From contig NC_042999.1 of assembly GCF_006345805.1 (NCBI RefSeq), positions 38,068,001-38,132,000 on the forward strand: a stretch of DNA of 64,000 nt, in the 5' to 3' direction. Position numbers and translations under genes: made by a program. The notes under the pieces were generated by a model that saw nothing but the letters and a program-made list of their open reading frames with translations, searched no databases and had not been told where the DNA came from. The stretch is from Octopus sinensis (lineage: Eukaryota). Of this stretch, positions 1 through 14,217 are shown in pieces (within the stretch, counting starts at the first letter, position 1; each line of letters opens with the position of its first letter).

Positions 1-27
1 GGTGGAATTTGAACTCAGAACGTTGCA

Positions 28-28
28 A

Positions 29-86
<58 letters not shown>

Positions 87-121
87 GCTACTACTGCTGC
101 TGCTGCTGCTGCTGCTACTGT

Positions 122-200
<79 letters not shown>

Positions 201-205
201 TCTTA
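28..205. repeat. Compound trinucleotide microsatellite (TAC)n(TGC)n(TAC)n(AAT)n
   Basis: Direct repeats read from sequence; source of the poly-Thr/Ala/Asn and poly-Ser ORFs. Confidence 0.95.
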
Positions 206-254
206 TTATTATAATGGTTTCAAATTTTGTCACAAGGGCAGCCATTTTGGGGGG

Positions 255-340
255 AAGGGGGTGAAGTCGATTTCCTCGATCTCAGTATCGAAAGGATGAG
301 GGGCAAAGACAAGCTCAGCGGAATTTGAATTAAGGACGTT
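255..340 (-). mobile_element. Diverged SINE family C fragment (another stub at 1-24)
   Basis: gaaaggatgaggggcaaagacaagctcagcggaatttgaa matches the reverse complement of the family C core ttcaaattccgccgaggtcgactttgcctttcatcctttc. Confidence 0.75.
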
Positions 341-342
341 GC

Positions 343-390
<48 letters not shown>

Positions 391-1443
391 CATAACCATT
401 ATCATCATCATTATCACCATCATCCTCAGCGCCACCACCATCATCATCACAAACTTCATCCACCCTACCATCATTACCACTACTACCATCACCAACATGA
501 TCGTCGTCATCATTATGGACATCGACGTTATCCTCCTTGTGGTGATTTTACTGTGCATTTTATTTATTTTTATAGGATTTCGATTTTAATTTTAGATTTT
601 TGTGTTATTTTGTATTTTTTGTTGCTATGTTTTCGAAGGTTTTTTTTTCTTCTTTGGATAATTCTTTTTTGGTAATATATTGTATTCTGTTAGTGTTGTT
701 GTTGCGATTGCTGTTAATGGTGATAATGATGGTGTGGGGAGGGAAAATGTAAAGCCAGAATCTGGAAATGAAAGAAGAGATGTTGATGTTTTTGTTGATG
801 TTGTTGCTGTTGGTGGTGGTAGTGGTGGTTGTGGTGGTGGTGGTGGTGGTGGAGGGGCGCTGTGTCTCCCTTGTAGCCGTTTTTGAAGTACACTTTCATG
901 ATGAGGTCAGACATTTGGCTGAGCTGCGTGTGTTGTATTTTTGTATATTTTTACATCTCCTCTCCATTCGTTTTTCGAGCAAATATAAGACAAGAGGGAA
1001 AGAGAGAGAGAGAGAGAGTAATGAGAGAAACAGAGGGAGAGGAGATTGATAGAGAGTGAGCGAGAAAGGGAGAGACAGAGAGAGAGAGACACAGCGGGAC
1101 TGAGAACGTCAGAGTGAGAGTAAAACAGACTCACGAAGAGAGAAAGAGAGAGAGAGAGAGACAGAGAAAGAGAAAGAGAAAGTAATGAGAGGAAAGATGG
1201 CGGAGCAGAGCGATGAGTAGAAGCAAGAAATAAAAAAAAACCCCAACAAAATGACAGAAGAAAACAACAAAATGCAAAGTATTGGAAACATGTTTTGTGG
1301 AAGCGAATAACAAATATAGTTGAATGAGTTTTGTTGTAGACCAAGACTAGCATTATTACAGACACTGGTACACAGCAAATGTATGTTTGTATGTGTTTGT
1401 GAGTGATTATGTATATACGTGCATATATATACATATACATACA

Positions 1444-1486
<43 letters not shown>

Positions 1487-1538
1487 ATATATTATATATA
1501 TATATTATATAAATATATATATATCTATATATATATAT

Positions 1539-1570
<32 letters not shown>

Positions 1571-2142
1571 TATTATATATAATATATATTATAATATATA
1601 TATATATATATACCCATACATATATTTTCCCATAAATATGCAAGCTATATATATTAGATATCTATAGTCTCTCTCTCCCTCTCTTCCTCACTATATATAT
1701 GTATGTATCAACCCACGTATCTATCTATTTATCTCTCTCTCTCTATTATATATATGTATATATATATGTATATATGTATATTTATATATATATATACTAT
1801 ATATATTATATATATATATATATATATGTATTTATATATATGTATATAATATATATATATATATATATATGTATACACACACACAACGCACACACATATA
1901 ATGACACACTACATGCAAACACACGTAAATATAAACATGTACACCTGCGCACTCACACACACGCACACAGAGACACGCGCACACACAAAGACATACTGCG
2001 TACGAGAACCTGACGTGAACAGACTAAAGTTAAGCAAATACAGATGACAAGTCGTTCTCATACACGTGCGCGAGCACACACGTACATACACACACTCGCA
2101 CGGGCGCACAATACGTAAGCAGACAAATATACATGCATATAT

Positions 2143-2177
<35 letters not shown>

Positions 2178-2393
2178 TATCATAGACACGAAAACACCAA
2201 AGACATACATATTAATCGGTATAAATTTATATGGAACATTAACAAATAAAAAAATATATAAAAAGCTCTTTGAGAGTATAAATACCCAAAGTTACAGTAG
2301 AAGTATTATATACAATTAACATTGTTTTTGGAAAGAATACTAGACATTATACGTGAGCAGTGGTGTGTAGTGCACATATATATATATATATAT

Positions 2394-2438
<45 letters not shown>

Positions 2439-2491
2439 ATATACATAATTATATATATATATTATATATATATATTAATATTATATATATA

Positions 2492-2541
<50 letters not shown>

Positions 2542-3064
2542 TTTTGTGCGCGCGCGTGTGTGTGTATATAGGTATGTAGGATGCGTCTGCTCCTATATGA
2601 TTATATATATATTTATGTATGCGTACGAGTATGCTTTTGTGGATGTGTATATTTATTATAGCTGCAGAAAAACTGTTGGCATACAAAGATGATTTTTTTT
2701 ACTAAGTATGGGAAGTGAAAATGTTATACAAACGTTTGATAATGCAGAAATGTGTCAGGCGAGGTTAGTAATATATCAATCAGACTTCTAATGGTACACC
2801 TATCAACCTTTCCGTGTTAACAATTACATGGAACTATCACAGTCTAAAACATATTAAATGGGCGGCGTATCACATACACAGTCACGTATACGTAATATAT
2901 ACATGCCTGTGTGAAGGTAAATACATATATTTATATACAGACACATATATACATATATAAATATGTACATATAATGTACATTATATATAAAATATACATT
3001 AAAAGAAGAGTTCTTCGGGCATAAAGTGCATATATTCGTACGCTTATATACATGAACTCAGCTG

Positions 3065-3110
<46 letters not shown>

Positions 3111-3242
3111 GTACACACATATATGTGAGTGTGTGTTTTTTGCGTGTGTGTGTATGTATGTGTGTATATATGTATCTAAATATGCATATGCATATATATG
3201 TATGTGTGTCCATATGTATATTTTGATTTATACATATATATA

Positions 3243-3763
3243 CCGTAAATCCTTGAGTATAGTCCGCCCTTGAGTATAACACGCAGGGGATTTTTAGGGG
3301 ATTGTACCTCTGAAAAGCCTAAACCTTGTGTATAATACGCACCCCTTCTCTAACGTGAGTCGTGCATAATTAAGCCAGCAGCACCTAGTCGAAAAAATGC
3401 TTCTGCACATCGTAATACAATAATGGTGATGTTCTTAATTGTTATATGGGAATGTAAATATGTTTGTAATTGTTTTTGTTACATGTTATTCTGTGTTCTG
3501 AATACTTTTATTTTAATAAATGTTGCTTACTGCAAGTTATGGATGATTCTTTTTTGACTTCATTTTTCAGGCCTAGCTTAAGGTATTTTCGCGCGCGGCA
3601 TCACAAAATGCGTCTGAATAAACATTGTCAGTCAGCAAATAGAGACTCGGACATTGCTTAGAAAATATTCATTTTCATTTTTAACCTCGTATAGAGTACG
3701 CATTAGGGATTTTGGTCTTTAAATTTTGGGAAAAAACTGCGGATTATATTCGAGGATTTACAG
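3243..3763. mobile_element. Non-autonomous TcMar (Tc2-like) MITE, 521 bp
   Basis: TIRs ccgtaaatccttgagtatagtccgc / gcggattatattcgaggatttacag, flanked by TA on both sides; CCGTA-type termini are typical of Tc2-group elements. No ORF. Confidence 0.85.
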
Positions 3764-4011
3764 TATAATATATATATATACTCACATATATACGGAGAGT
3801 TTTACATTGTACATACGTGTGCACGTGCGCATGCGTGTGTGCGTGTGTGAACGTATGCATATGACACTTTGACTTGGATATTTTCATCTCAAGTTTGAGT
3901 CTTCCGATATCGTCAAGGATAAACATCGACTTTATTTAAACCACTGCCTTTCAAATATATCTATGTTCATGGAAACTACTCTGTTACAATGCCAACAACA
4001 TATATATATAC

Positions 4012-4062
<51 letters not shown>

Positions 4063-4064
<2 letters not shown>

Positions 4065-4215
4065 TAATCCAAACGGGAAAACAGAAAAAACAACAACACG
4101 TGGAACAATTAAAGTATTATTATTATTAGGCGCTCAGGAAAACGGAAGAAGGAGGGTATGACGTTTTTTCGCGGAGCTCTTCGTCGGAAACCAAGAGAAG
4201 GACAAAAACGCGACT
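4063..4215 (-). mobile_element. Hammerhead-bearing short repeat (family H1), degenerate copy
   Basis: Homologous to 19510-19706, 23153-23318 and 43698-43938. Minus strand reads gtttCCGACGAAgagctccgcgaaaaaacgtc, with helix II/GAAA damaged. Abuts (TA)n. Confidence 0.75.
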
Positions 4216-4303
4216 CGTTTTTTTACGAGTATATATATATAATATATATATATATATATCTATATATATGTGTATATATTATATATATATATATAATATA
4301 TCT

Positions 4304-4370
<67 letters not shown>

Positions 4371-4371
4371 T

Positions 4372-4480
<109 letters not shown>

Positions 4481-4493
4481 GATATATAGATAT

Positions 4494-4767
4494 GGAGGCG
4501 CAATGGCCCAGTGGTTAGGGTAGCGGACTCGCGGTCGTAGGATCGCGGTTTCGATTCCCAGACCAGGCGTTGTGTGTGTTTTGAGCGAAAACACCTAAAA
4601 AAGCTCCACGAGTCTGTACTCTTTCACCACTCTTTTCTGTCACTCTTTCATCTGTTGGCCTGCGCGCTTAGCCAGCCGGGTGGCGTCATTCGAAGGCTAA
4701 CACAATGCGAACGCATTGTGACCAGCGATGTGTAGCAACATCTGATGGTCTGGTCGGTCACGTGATG

Positions 4768-4773
<6 letters not shown>
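4494..4773 (+). mobile_element. tRNA-derived SINE family A (tail type 1)
   Basis: A box tggcccagtgg, B box ggtttcgattccc, shared core gagcgaaaacacctaaaa-gctccacg, tail ending gtcacgtgatgacgtga. Confidence 0.9.
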
Positions 4774-4804
<31 letters not shown>

Positions 4805-4808
<4 letters not shown>

Positions 4809-4930
4809 GAAGAATTCACAAAAAAAACAAACAAAAGACGAAGTCAGGTGGTGTAGAAAACAAATAGATGTATTAGTTTAACGCTCGTGAAGTGAAAAAG
4901 TCTTTGACGTTTTGAGCCTACGCTCTTCCA
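4805..4930 (-). mobile_element. Second hammerhead-like short repeat relic (family H2)
   Basis: Minus strand reads gaaGAGCgtagGCTCaaaACGTCaaagac: helix II, degraded GAAA and palindromic ACGT helix III; the CUGA part is lost. Ends at (TA)n. Confidence 0.55.
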
Positions 4931-4959
4931 TGGATAAAAAACTAACAAATTCGGAATAT

Positions 4960-5915
4960 TAAGAACAGATAACAGAACTGAAGGTTTATTCTTTATAGTT
5001 TAAAATTTTAAGAAAAATCATGAACACTTTTCCATATACGACAAAGCAATTTAGCATGAATATGTCTATACTATATATATTAAATCGGATGGTGATGTAG
5101 AAAATTTTATATCAATTGATATTAATGTGTGTATGAGTAGGTTGTGTCTGACATTGGAAGTTTTCGTGGCGGATTCCTAAATGTTCCACTGAGCGGTTCT
5201 CCAAATCATATGCATGCTTCATATATATATGTATATATAATATATATATATATATTATATATATATATATATATCTAACTGTCTTAGAAAAAGTTCTGTA
5301 AGTGGTCTATTGAAAATGATAAATATTCAAGATGATTAGATTATTCTTATAGTCTGTATATACGGTAGTTTTACGTTGCAGTTTAATATTTACGATACGA
5401 TTGTGTTTAGACAATTATTGATATGCTATTGGTGTTGAAGACTCTATGATGTTTGTGTGTGTTTGGGAAATAAATTCTTCGTTGGGACTGCGAGTTCCTA
5501 TCTATGTAGGATGCAGCGAGTAATTCATGACTTCACAGCAATATGACCGTGACCAAATAACACAGAGGAAAACTAAACATAAGCAAATACGAATACGATA
5601 GTGATTCACATAATTAATATAGTGAGTTGAAGACTCGGAATCTATTCAATTCGTTGGCAATAATTCTGTTTCGGGTGTTGAAACCTAAAATAATTAACAA
5701 GGGAGATAGCGCCAATTCAATCTATTAAATTTTAGAGAATAACGTATGTACAGTATGGGAGTGAAAGTGCTGTTTCAGCTAACTATTGAAATTGACAGAC
5801 TTGTTTCTGTAAAATGAAGCCTCTTCACTGAAACGTACTTTACTCTGTTGACAAAGTTAAGTTTGATAAATATTTAGAAAGATGAAGTGGAAGCAAAGGG
5901 TAAAAGATATGTCAA
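4960..5915 (-). pseudogene. Possible highly decayed Penelope-like (RT/GIY-YIG) remnant
   Basis: Frameshifted minus-strand reading ...WNI-RNPPRKLPMSD... near 5150-5200 resembles the GIY-YIG C-terminal region of Penelope-like elements; it lies upstream of the H2 relic on the same strand. By-eye similarity only. Confidence 0.3.
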
Positions 5916-5922
5916 CAATATA

Positions 5923-6334
5923 GGCGCAGGAGTGGCTGTGTGGTAAGTAGCTTGCTAACCAACCACATGGTTCTGGGTTCGGTCCCACTGCGTGACATCT
6001 TGGGCAAGTGTCTTCTGCTATAGCCCCGGGCCGACCAATGCCTTGTGAGTGGATTTGGTAGACGGAAACTGAAAGAAGCCTGTCGTATATATGTATATGT
6101 GTATATATGTATGTGTGTGTGTGTGTGTGTTTGTCCCCCTAGCATTGCTTGACAACCGATGCTGGTGTGTTTACGTCCCCGTCACTTAGCGGTTCGGCAA
6201 AAGAGACCGATAGAATAAGTACTGGGCTTACAAAGAATAAGTCTCGGGGTCGATTTGCTCGACTAAAGGCGGTGCTCCAGCATGGCCGCAGTCAAATGAC
6301 TGAAACAAGTAAAAGAGTAAAGAGTAAAAAGAGA
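5923..6334 (+). mobile_element. tRNA-derived SINE family B with internal TA/TG microsatellite
   Basis: A box tggctgtgtgg, B box ggttcggtccc, CORE-like cttgggcaagtgtcttct, tail catggccgcagtcaaatgactgaaacaagtaaaagagt; several copies in window. Confidence 0.9.
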
Positions 6335-8249
6335 ATATTACTGATCAACATAACTTAGAAGCATCAAACTGCATTTCAAATATAATTAAGATAGTGACTC
6401 AATCGTATTATTGTTATTTATAATCAACATCACTTCTTTGTATATGAATCCTGCTTAGTTTCACCAACTGAGTTGCATATACTTGGCTAAAAATTGTAAA
6501 CAGGTTCGTTGTCCATTGTTTCCACGATGTGGTTTACATAGTGAATCCTATGCATTTTCCATATTAAAAAATATCCTATCACAATGCCTAGATGGCGCTT
6601 TTGAATTCAAATTGCAAATCAATATTTTTCACCCACCATATTGAATATGAAAGATCCTTAATATTTGTAGTTTTTCTTTATCTTTCATGAGTGATGAATA
6701 ATCATACCGAATGTAGTCATTCTTTTCCTTAATTCGTTACCCCTTACAGGGGTCAATTTTCCTAGAGCTACACGCCCTCCTGTACACAACACAGCTTATC
6801 ATATTGATAGGTTGAATGAAAGAGCTCGTACACCTATCAGTTATATTCTTTATCTGTATTTGTCGGCTTCTTTTCAGTCCCCTGTTGCTAAATATTCAAG
6901 GCTATTTAATTTCTCGTCTAGCGTCTAATGAACTGCCCCTGTTGACTACGTATTTTGTTGAAAAGCATTCTGGTGGTGTTGGTTCGTCACTCTATTTGCA
7001 TTGAGCATCGGGAGCATTCAGACTTTATTTACGCGACACTTATATATTTACGCGACACTTATATAATGACAAAATCCCCCAGTGGCGATTTGGTAGTATC
7101 AACAGAACATTAGATAGAATACCTTGCAGTATACATTCCGAGTCTCTGTACTCTGAGTTCCAATGTTCAAATGTAATCTTAGTAGATATTGTTTTATTTC
7201 TTTCCTGATTCATAAAGTAACGGTGCCGTGTGAAGAATTGGCGGAATAGTTTTAGCTTCAGAGTTTTCTTTCAGCACACGTTCAAAATTTGTCATTCTGA
7301 ATTGAAATTCCATATGGGTATCAATGACCACATGGCAAAGGCAGCATATCGCGAAACCCATAAAGTTAACATACTAAAGTAATCTACAGCATAGATAAGC
7401 TAGTATCGGTATGCTAGAGTATTTACTCCGGAGCGGATCGATTACAGCTGAGTGTGGAGATGAGCGATAGTAAGTGTATTAGACATACACAACTTGTGAA
7501 TCCATATGTGATCTAAAATAGTCTTTCTATTGTAGTTGAGTTATGAACACTTGAAGATTTTGTTGTAACAGTACGTACGTACCACGAATACAATCACACA
7601 AACTCATACACCCATATACTCACAGAAGCACATAACATATTGAATCACGCTGATACACGAATATAAATCATTCGTGATCTCTGCTATTCTGCATCATCAA
7701 TTGATAATAAATAGCTTATTGTCTTGTTGAGGATGGGCGACGACGATGGCTGAATGGTCCAGTGGTGTGCACACGCGAGGGGAATCAAGCTAATATCGAA
7801 GAAATTAAACTTTGTCACTTCATCCTCAACTCTCACTATTACGTCGAGTGTCTTGAGAGTTTTTTGTGTGAGTGTGTTTGGTGTAAGTCTCTTTTCCACC
7901 GTTCATTATTATCAATCTTTAATCAAACTCAGGCTCACTCAATTATAATTTCTTCTCAAAACCAAACTGTTTTAGCACTCATTTCATTGATCAGTTGTAG
8001 ACCATTGACATGGAGTTGATCAGTTACCTTGGGTATCTTGACTATTGATATAATGTTATTTTAGAGTTAGCTTTTAGTTTAAAATATCATTTCTCCGTTG
8101 AATTATTAATTATGTTAAACTTCTTACCTATATCTGCTGAAAATAGTCCTATTAAATTCACCTGTTCTCAACATTTACATTTTCTTGCACAAATCTTTAT
8201 ATTGTGAACAAAGAAACCATGGGTTACATTAATAACTTAGGATACTAAA

Positions 8250-8572
8250 GCGCTTGGCTCAGTGGTTAGAACGTCGAGCTTACGATCGTGAGGTTGTGAG
8301 TTCGATTCCCGGAGCGGGCTGCATGTTGTGTTCTTGAGCAAGACACTTTATTCCACGTTACTCCAGTTGTAGAAATGAGTTGCGATATCACTGGTGACAA
8401 GCTGTATCGGCCTTTGCCTTTCCCTTGGATAACATTAGTGGTGTGGAGAGGGGAGGCTGCTGGCCTTCCATGAACAACCTTGCTCGGACTTGTACCTCGG
8501 AGGGTAACTTTCTAGGTGCAATCCCATGGTAATTAATGACCGAAGGGGTTCTCCCCAAAACTAAATCCATTG
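8250..8572 (+). mobile_element. tRNA-derived SINE family D
   Basis: tggctcagtggttaga (A box), gagttcgattccc (B box), followed by gtgttcttgagcaagacacttt SINE core motif. Confidence 0.85.
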
Positions 8573-9794
8573 TCATTTGACAGTCGATTTAGTGTCAAAA
8601 TAAACAGAAGTGCAAATTGATCGCCTTTCTTGAAAGTTTCGTAACATTAAAAAAAAATTCTTTATTTATCGATTTTCGAGAGAGTGGATCTGTATTTTAT
8701 GAGATTCTCAATGGCAAGCATCTGGGGAACGTCCTTTCACCACTGTGAGTAGCAGTCAAACATTTTTCTTTAATGTGGATATCTTTGACGTTTAGTTCTA
8801 TTTTGTTCACACTTCGGTCATCGCATCGATTTATAATTAAGAGGTGTTGACCACATTTCAACACTCTCATTTTCCCTGCCGGTTAGATCCCCAGCCACTA
8901 CTTGCGCTGCCCTCGACATGATTCGGATGAATTTAAAAATCTATTGAGACAAATTTTGCAACGTTTCTACCTATGATCTAAGCAAGTTACATACATATAA
9001 TTTTCTGCCAAGTGGCTACAAATTTCTTCACTCAATTATAATTCTTTCTCAGAAACAAACAGTTTTAGCACTCACTTCATTGATCAGTTGCAGACCATTG
9101 GATAAAGTTTATCAGTTGTCTTGGTTGTCTTGGCTCTTGATATAGAGTTATTGTTGTTTGTTTTTTGTTTAAATTGCGGAAACAAATGTTGTTAAATTAT
9201 ACTCCGAGAACTTTTTGAATATGTGTATGAGTTACTCTTTTTTTTAGAATATCACAAAGCTAGCGACAAAAAAAAAATCAGAAACCTAAAAGAACATTTA
9301 ACCAACAACACATCACCTTGAGCATCCATCCGTCTATCAGTCTATCGATCTGATTGTCCATCCATCCATCGATCCATCCATCCATCCATCCATCCAGCCA
9401 GCCAGCCAGCTAGACGGCCAGCTAGCCAGCCGGTCAGCTAGCCAGTCATCCATCCGCCCGTTCTGTCCGTTCGGTGAATGCCTACGGAATTCAATAAAAT
9501 TTCGCTGTCATTCTGATGAATAGTGTCACTATAAATGATTCAAGAAGGTTCTCAGAATAAATAAACTCGCCCGAGACAGCTACATTTAATAAAAGTCATG
9601 AGAGAGGTGAGCAATATTGTTCAGGTTCTCTATAGGAAGACAAATAACATTGACGATGGTGGGCATGGAGTCGTTAAGACGTCCTCTCTTCACTGAATGA
9701 AACCTCTTGTCGGTAAGTCTTATCCTCCTTCCTCCTCCTACCTACTACTACATCTCCTACGACTACTACTAACTACTCTACTTACTGTTGTGCT

Positions 9795-9835
<41 letters not shown>

Positions 9836-10438
9836 ACGACTACCACACCACCACGATCAACCATCCCATCACCATCACCACCACCACCAAAACCACTGTC
9901 TCACTGTTTCAGTTTCCCTTGGTTCTATAGTCTTACCATACCTAACTATTAACGTCACTTGTCAAACCCAAGAGTAACGGCCACTCTTCAAAATATTACC
10001 CTCCCAACCATTTCTACTTATCTCCCAACTCACCACTTGTATTTCTCTCAATATCCTGATCACTTACTCTCTTCATCTTTCTGATCTGACTTCCTTATAG
10101 CTTCTTGCCTTTCCTTGCTTCAAGACCCCCATCCACATCGAGCTACTTATTTCCTCCTTCCACTCAGTACTGCTTGCTTTCCTGTTCACCGTTTTTACCT
10201 TTAAATTTCCCAGCATTATGATTTGAAATGTTAGATTTTTATCTCTCCATTCTGAAGCCCAGGAGTCGGATCTACTCAATGTTTATACGCTTTCATTACT
10301 GGTTCAATATTGTTTTATTACATCTCTCAACATTATGAATTAACTCCGAGCCGCCAGAAACAGCTGTCGGTCCTGTAAAGCCATACCTTCTTCTTTTATT
10401 TTTCTATGTCTTTGTATTCTATGTAAGTTTGCTCTGTT

Positions 10439-10516
<78 letters not shown>

Positions 10517-11743
10517 TATATATATATATTATATATATATATATTGAATATTGGTCGTCTGAAAATTTTCAGTCTATGCTTTATTTCTATTTACATGCAT
10601 ACTTGTATGTCTATTTTTTTATATCGAACCCAGGCAGTTTTATTTGTTTATTTGCATCATTATCTCCATATCTGCATATCTGCATTCTTCTTATAGCCAC
10701 TCTTTGCTCGGCAGAATTCCTCATCGGTAAAGATTTCGGCGTATACGTTCAAATAATTCGAGTGCTACTAAGAGTTTTCCTTGTTGAGCATTTCTGGATC
10801 TCGTCTGGTAACTCTATGCATACATAAATACATACATACATATATACATACAAATATACACACACACACACACGCATGCACGCACGCAGCACTCTTACAC
10901 ACTCACACACACACACACATACCTACATACAACCATGTAAAGTGAGAGAAAAAGAGCCGGATAGAAAAATTTAATAATACCTCGAGAATATTCTTTGGTG
11001 ATCCTTTTCTGAAACACAAACCCTAAGTGCATCCATTAACCAAGAGTAACTTGTTCTGATGCTTAACAAAAATAAATCAAAAACACCAAAAAATTTACTA
11101 ATAGTACTAATAAATCGATAAATAAAGTAACAAAGTAGATTCTCGACATTTTCGTGCAACAGTATCTTTCCTCGGATCCATTTACTACAGTTACTTAAAA
11201 GACGCAATGATGTGTTCTTTTTGCTTTCTATTTCATTTGTGCTTGTTGTTTTGCTGCTATTCGTTTTCCCTTGTCTATGCTCTAAAAGAACAAAGTGAAA
11301 GTAAAGATATATATATATTATATATATATATATATATATAGCAAGGAGAATTAGAATTACGGCTTAGAATCACTGAACCCTTCCGGCAATGTCACATTAA
11401 TACGTATATAATATGATAATATGGACAGTCAATTCACACTAGATTCTGTATGCTGGTGAATAGATTTATCGATATATATATATATATATATAATAATATA
11501 TATATATAGATATATATATATATATATATATATATGCATATATATATGTATAAACTTATATATATACATATATATATATATTAAACGTATATATATACAT
11601 AATGTGTGTGGTTTGTGTGTATGTGTGTGGCTGTGTGTGTATATTTATGTACATGTATATCTTTTATCTGTCTGTTTTACACGTTATTTATGTATTAAAT
11701 CTGTAGACATTTTCCTTTTCGTGTACACTAAAACAGATTTACG

Positions 11744-11786
<43 letters not shown>

Positions 11787-12701
11787 ATATATATATACAT
11801 ATACACATACTTGAATTCAATAACATCAGTAAAAAAAAATAAATCCAACAATCTAAAACGAAGAAAGAAAGAAGTTTTACTCCGTTATATCTTGCTTTCA
11901 GTCTTACAAATATACTTTGTAACCTCAAAGTGTCTCGTTAACATATAAGTCAATACAGAGAATATGGATAAATATCAAACATTAAAAATGAAAGAAAATG
12001 ATGGACTATCAAACGTAGGAAAACATGCTGAGTTGATCAATGTTCAATAGGTCGTTGTTATTTTAGTTCAAATAAGCAGCTTGTTAGAAGAAGCAGAAGA
12101 CCCACTGTATTTTGCACTGAATTCTTCTTAAGGCAAGGTTGTCTTTCTCGTTTCTAATAAGTGCAAGCTTTACCTAGCTGAAGTTATTAAAGAGAGACTT
12201 GGTTTATTTATACGAAATATAGCTGTATCTGCAACAATATCTATTTGCTCTACATAAGAAAAATAGACACGCATACACGCGCACAATATTAGCGTCAACA
12301 CAAACAATACTTTTTCTATTCTTGAAGAACGACTCTCGAAAATTATTGTTTTCTTCTATGCATAACAGAATTGCCATATTCAGGAAAACTACATATTATT
12401 CTATATATAATTTTATACTAAATGTTAATTTGCTATCAGGCATCAGCACAATGATAGCAAAAGTTCGTGAGCATTACACAGCGCTTACCCACAATCTGAC
12501 GGTAGCTCCTACATAAGAAAAGAAGAGAGCATCTACGTGCCTTCAACCCAATTTCTCTAAAAGTTAATCCTAGCGTCTTTGAAGTTCATTCATTAAATAT
12601 TCTAATTCTATACCTCCATATGGGATAAAATACATTGATCATTAGTATAATTTATAAGACCGAACCTGGGGCGAAACAAATATCACAAACACGTTCGCAC
12701 T

Positions 12702-12742
<41 letters not shown>

Positions 12743-12885
12743 TTAATATTATATTATTGTTCTCCGCAAAAACATCGGTGCCTCAATTTTCTTTGACATG
12801 TTCTTTTGCCCAAATTCAATTTACTCTTGTATATCTGTTGTTAGTAGTTTCCCAGCAACAGTACATTTTATCTCTCCCTCCCTCC

Positions 12886-12992
<107 letters not shown>

Positions 12993-13070
12993 TATATCCT
13001 GAATGTGCATAGAATAATCAGTTGAATAAAGTTACAACATGCTCTGGTTTTCACGTTTTTTATTATTGTA

Positions 13071-14217
13071 CTAGCAGCATAGCCCGGCGTTGCCCGGGTA
13101 TGTAAGAGCCCCTAGTAGGCAACAACTAATCCCAATCTAGTCCTTTCTCTCTAGGGAACGAAGGCGCATGTGTAGGTTGCAATGTCTTCTCTTCACTCCC
13201 AAATAACTATCAAACAAATAACTATCGATAATTCAACCCAACCAGTTCCTACCAGGAAGAAATTACATTCGAGACTTTACCCCCAACACCGCCACTTCTG
13301 CTAATAGCTGCTGCAGCCGCAAGTTATTCGAATACTTTTTTTGTTTAAAATTTCTTTATAACTACCACCCCAAACGTTTTACCTTAAATTTTTGACGTAC
13401 CCTAAGGGTCCTCGGACGCTACTTGCAGACTCTTGGTTTATTATAAACCGTTTTTGTCGTGTGCACCAAAAAATCTTTTCCATTCGTTTGTTCAGTTTGG
13501 TCACTTTTGACTTTTTCGTTGTTGTCACTCACATTACTACCCTCTTTTTTGCCGTTTTTGTACATTTTTATACATTTTGGGATATTTACCCCACGTGTTC
13601 CGTGAGTTAAAAAGGTCGAGTTGCGTCCCCTAGACAGTCTGTGGTTTGTGTTTAATACACAAATCGGTGTGCCACGTATGATTTAATTAACCCGATTTTT
13701 TCCCAGTAATAAAGTATCCTATTGGAATAAAAAGGGCCATATAGCTCCTTGGAGCAGACATGATGCTCGCTGTGAATTAAAAAAAAAAATTCCTGCCAAT
13801 TTGTGAAAGATATTGTCGAAAATATGTCATCATGAATTTGAACGCGATTTCCCAAAATGGCATGATTTTATCGATTTTTTCTGATGGTAAGGTATTGCGT
13901 GGAAAAATAACGACAGAATTAAGTTTCTTAGGGTAACATTAAGCTTCACCATGAGTTTGGTGAAAATCGATTGCAAGTTGCGAAAACTACAACAGAAAAT
14001 GTGTTGCATATAAAAAGCTTAGATTCTCGACCCCATGTCGAATTTATCGACTCTTTTCAGAACTGGGGGAACTTTTCAAAATTTTCGCTGCGTTAGTTTT
14101 GAATTATGACATTGTGTGTGTCAAGTTTCATCGGAATCGGTTGAAAGCCGTGGTCAGGGTGAGGGTACAACCTGACGGACACACAGACAGACAAACTGCC
14201 GTTTATATATAGAGAGA
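13071..14217 (-). mobile_element. Non-autonomous Helitron, ~1147 bp
   Basis: Minus strand begins TC (A|TCTCTCTATATATAAACGGCAG) and ends CTAG|T, with GC hairpin cccgggcaacgccggg about 8 nt upstream of CTAG; inserted between A and T, no TSD; subterminal (gaca)n. Confidence 0.88.

Noticed and set aside
4494-4570. tRNA genes at SINE heads (also 8250, 25669, 39489, 54570-54649)
   Set aside because: A and B boxes are present, but cloverleafs are imperfect and run into shared SINE bodies with TSDs.
9513-9540. CTGATGA-ATAG-tgtca-CTAT-aaa hammerhead-like relic (similar case at 15482-15506)
   Set aside because: G12 is missing and helices I and III do not pair convincingly; may be chance or a fully decayed copy.
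9940-10420. Possible old RLE-LINE C-terminal relic on the minus strand
   Set aside because: Only a faint VEMVGRVIF resemblance with many stops; not supportable by eye.
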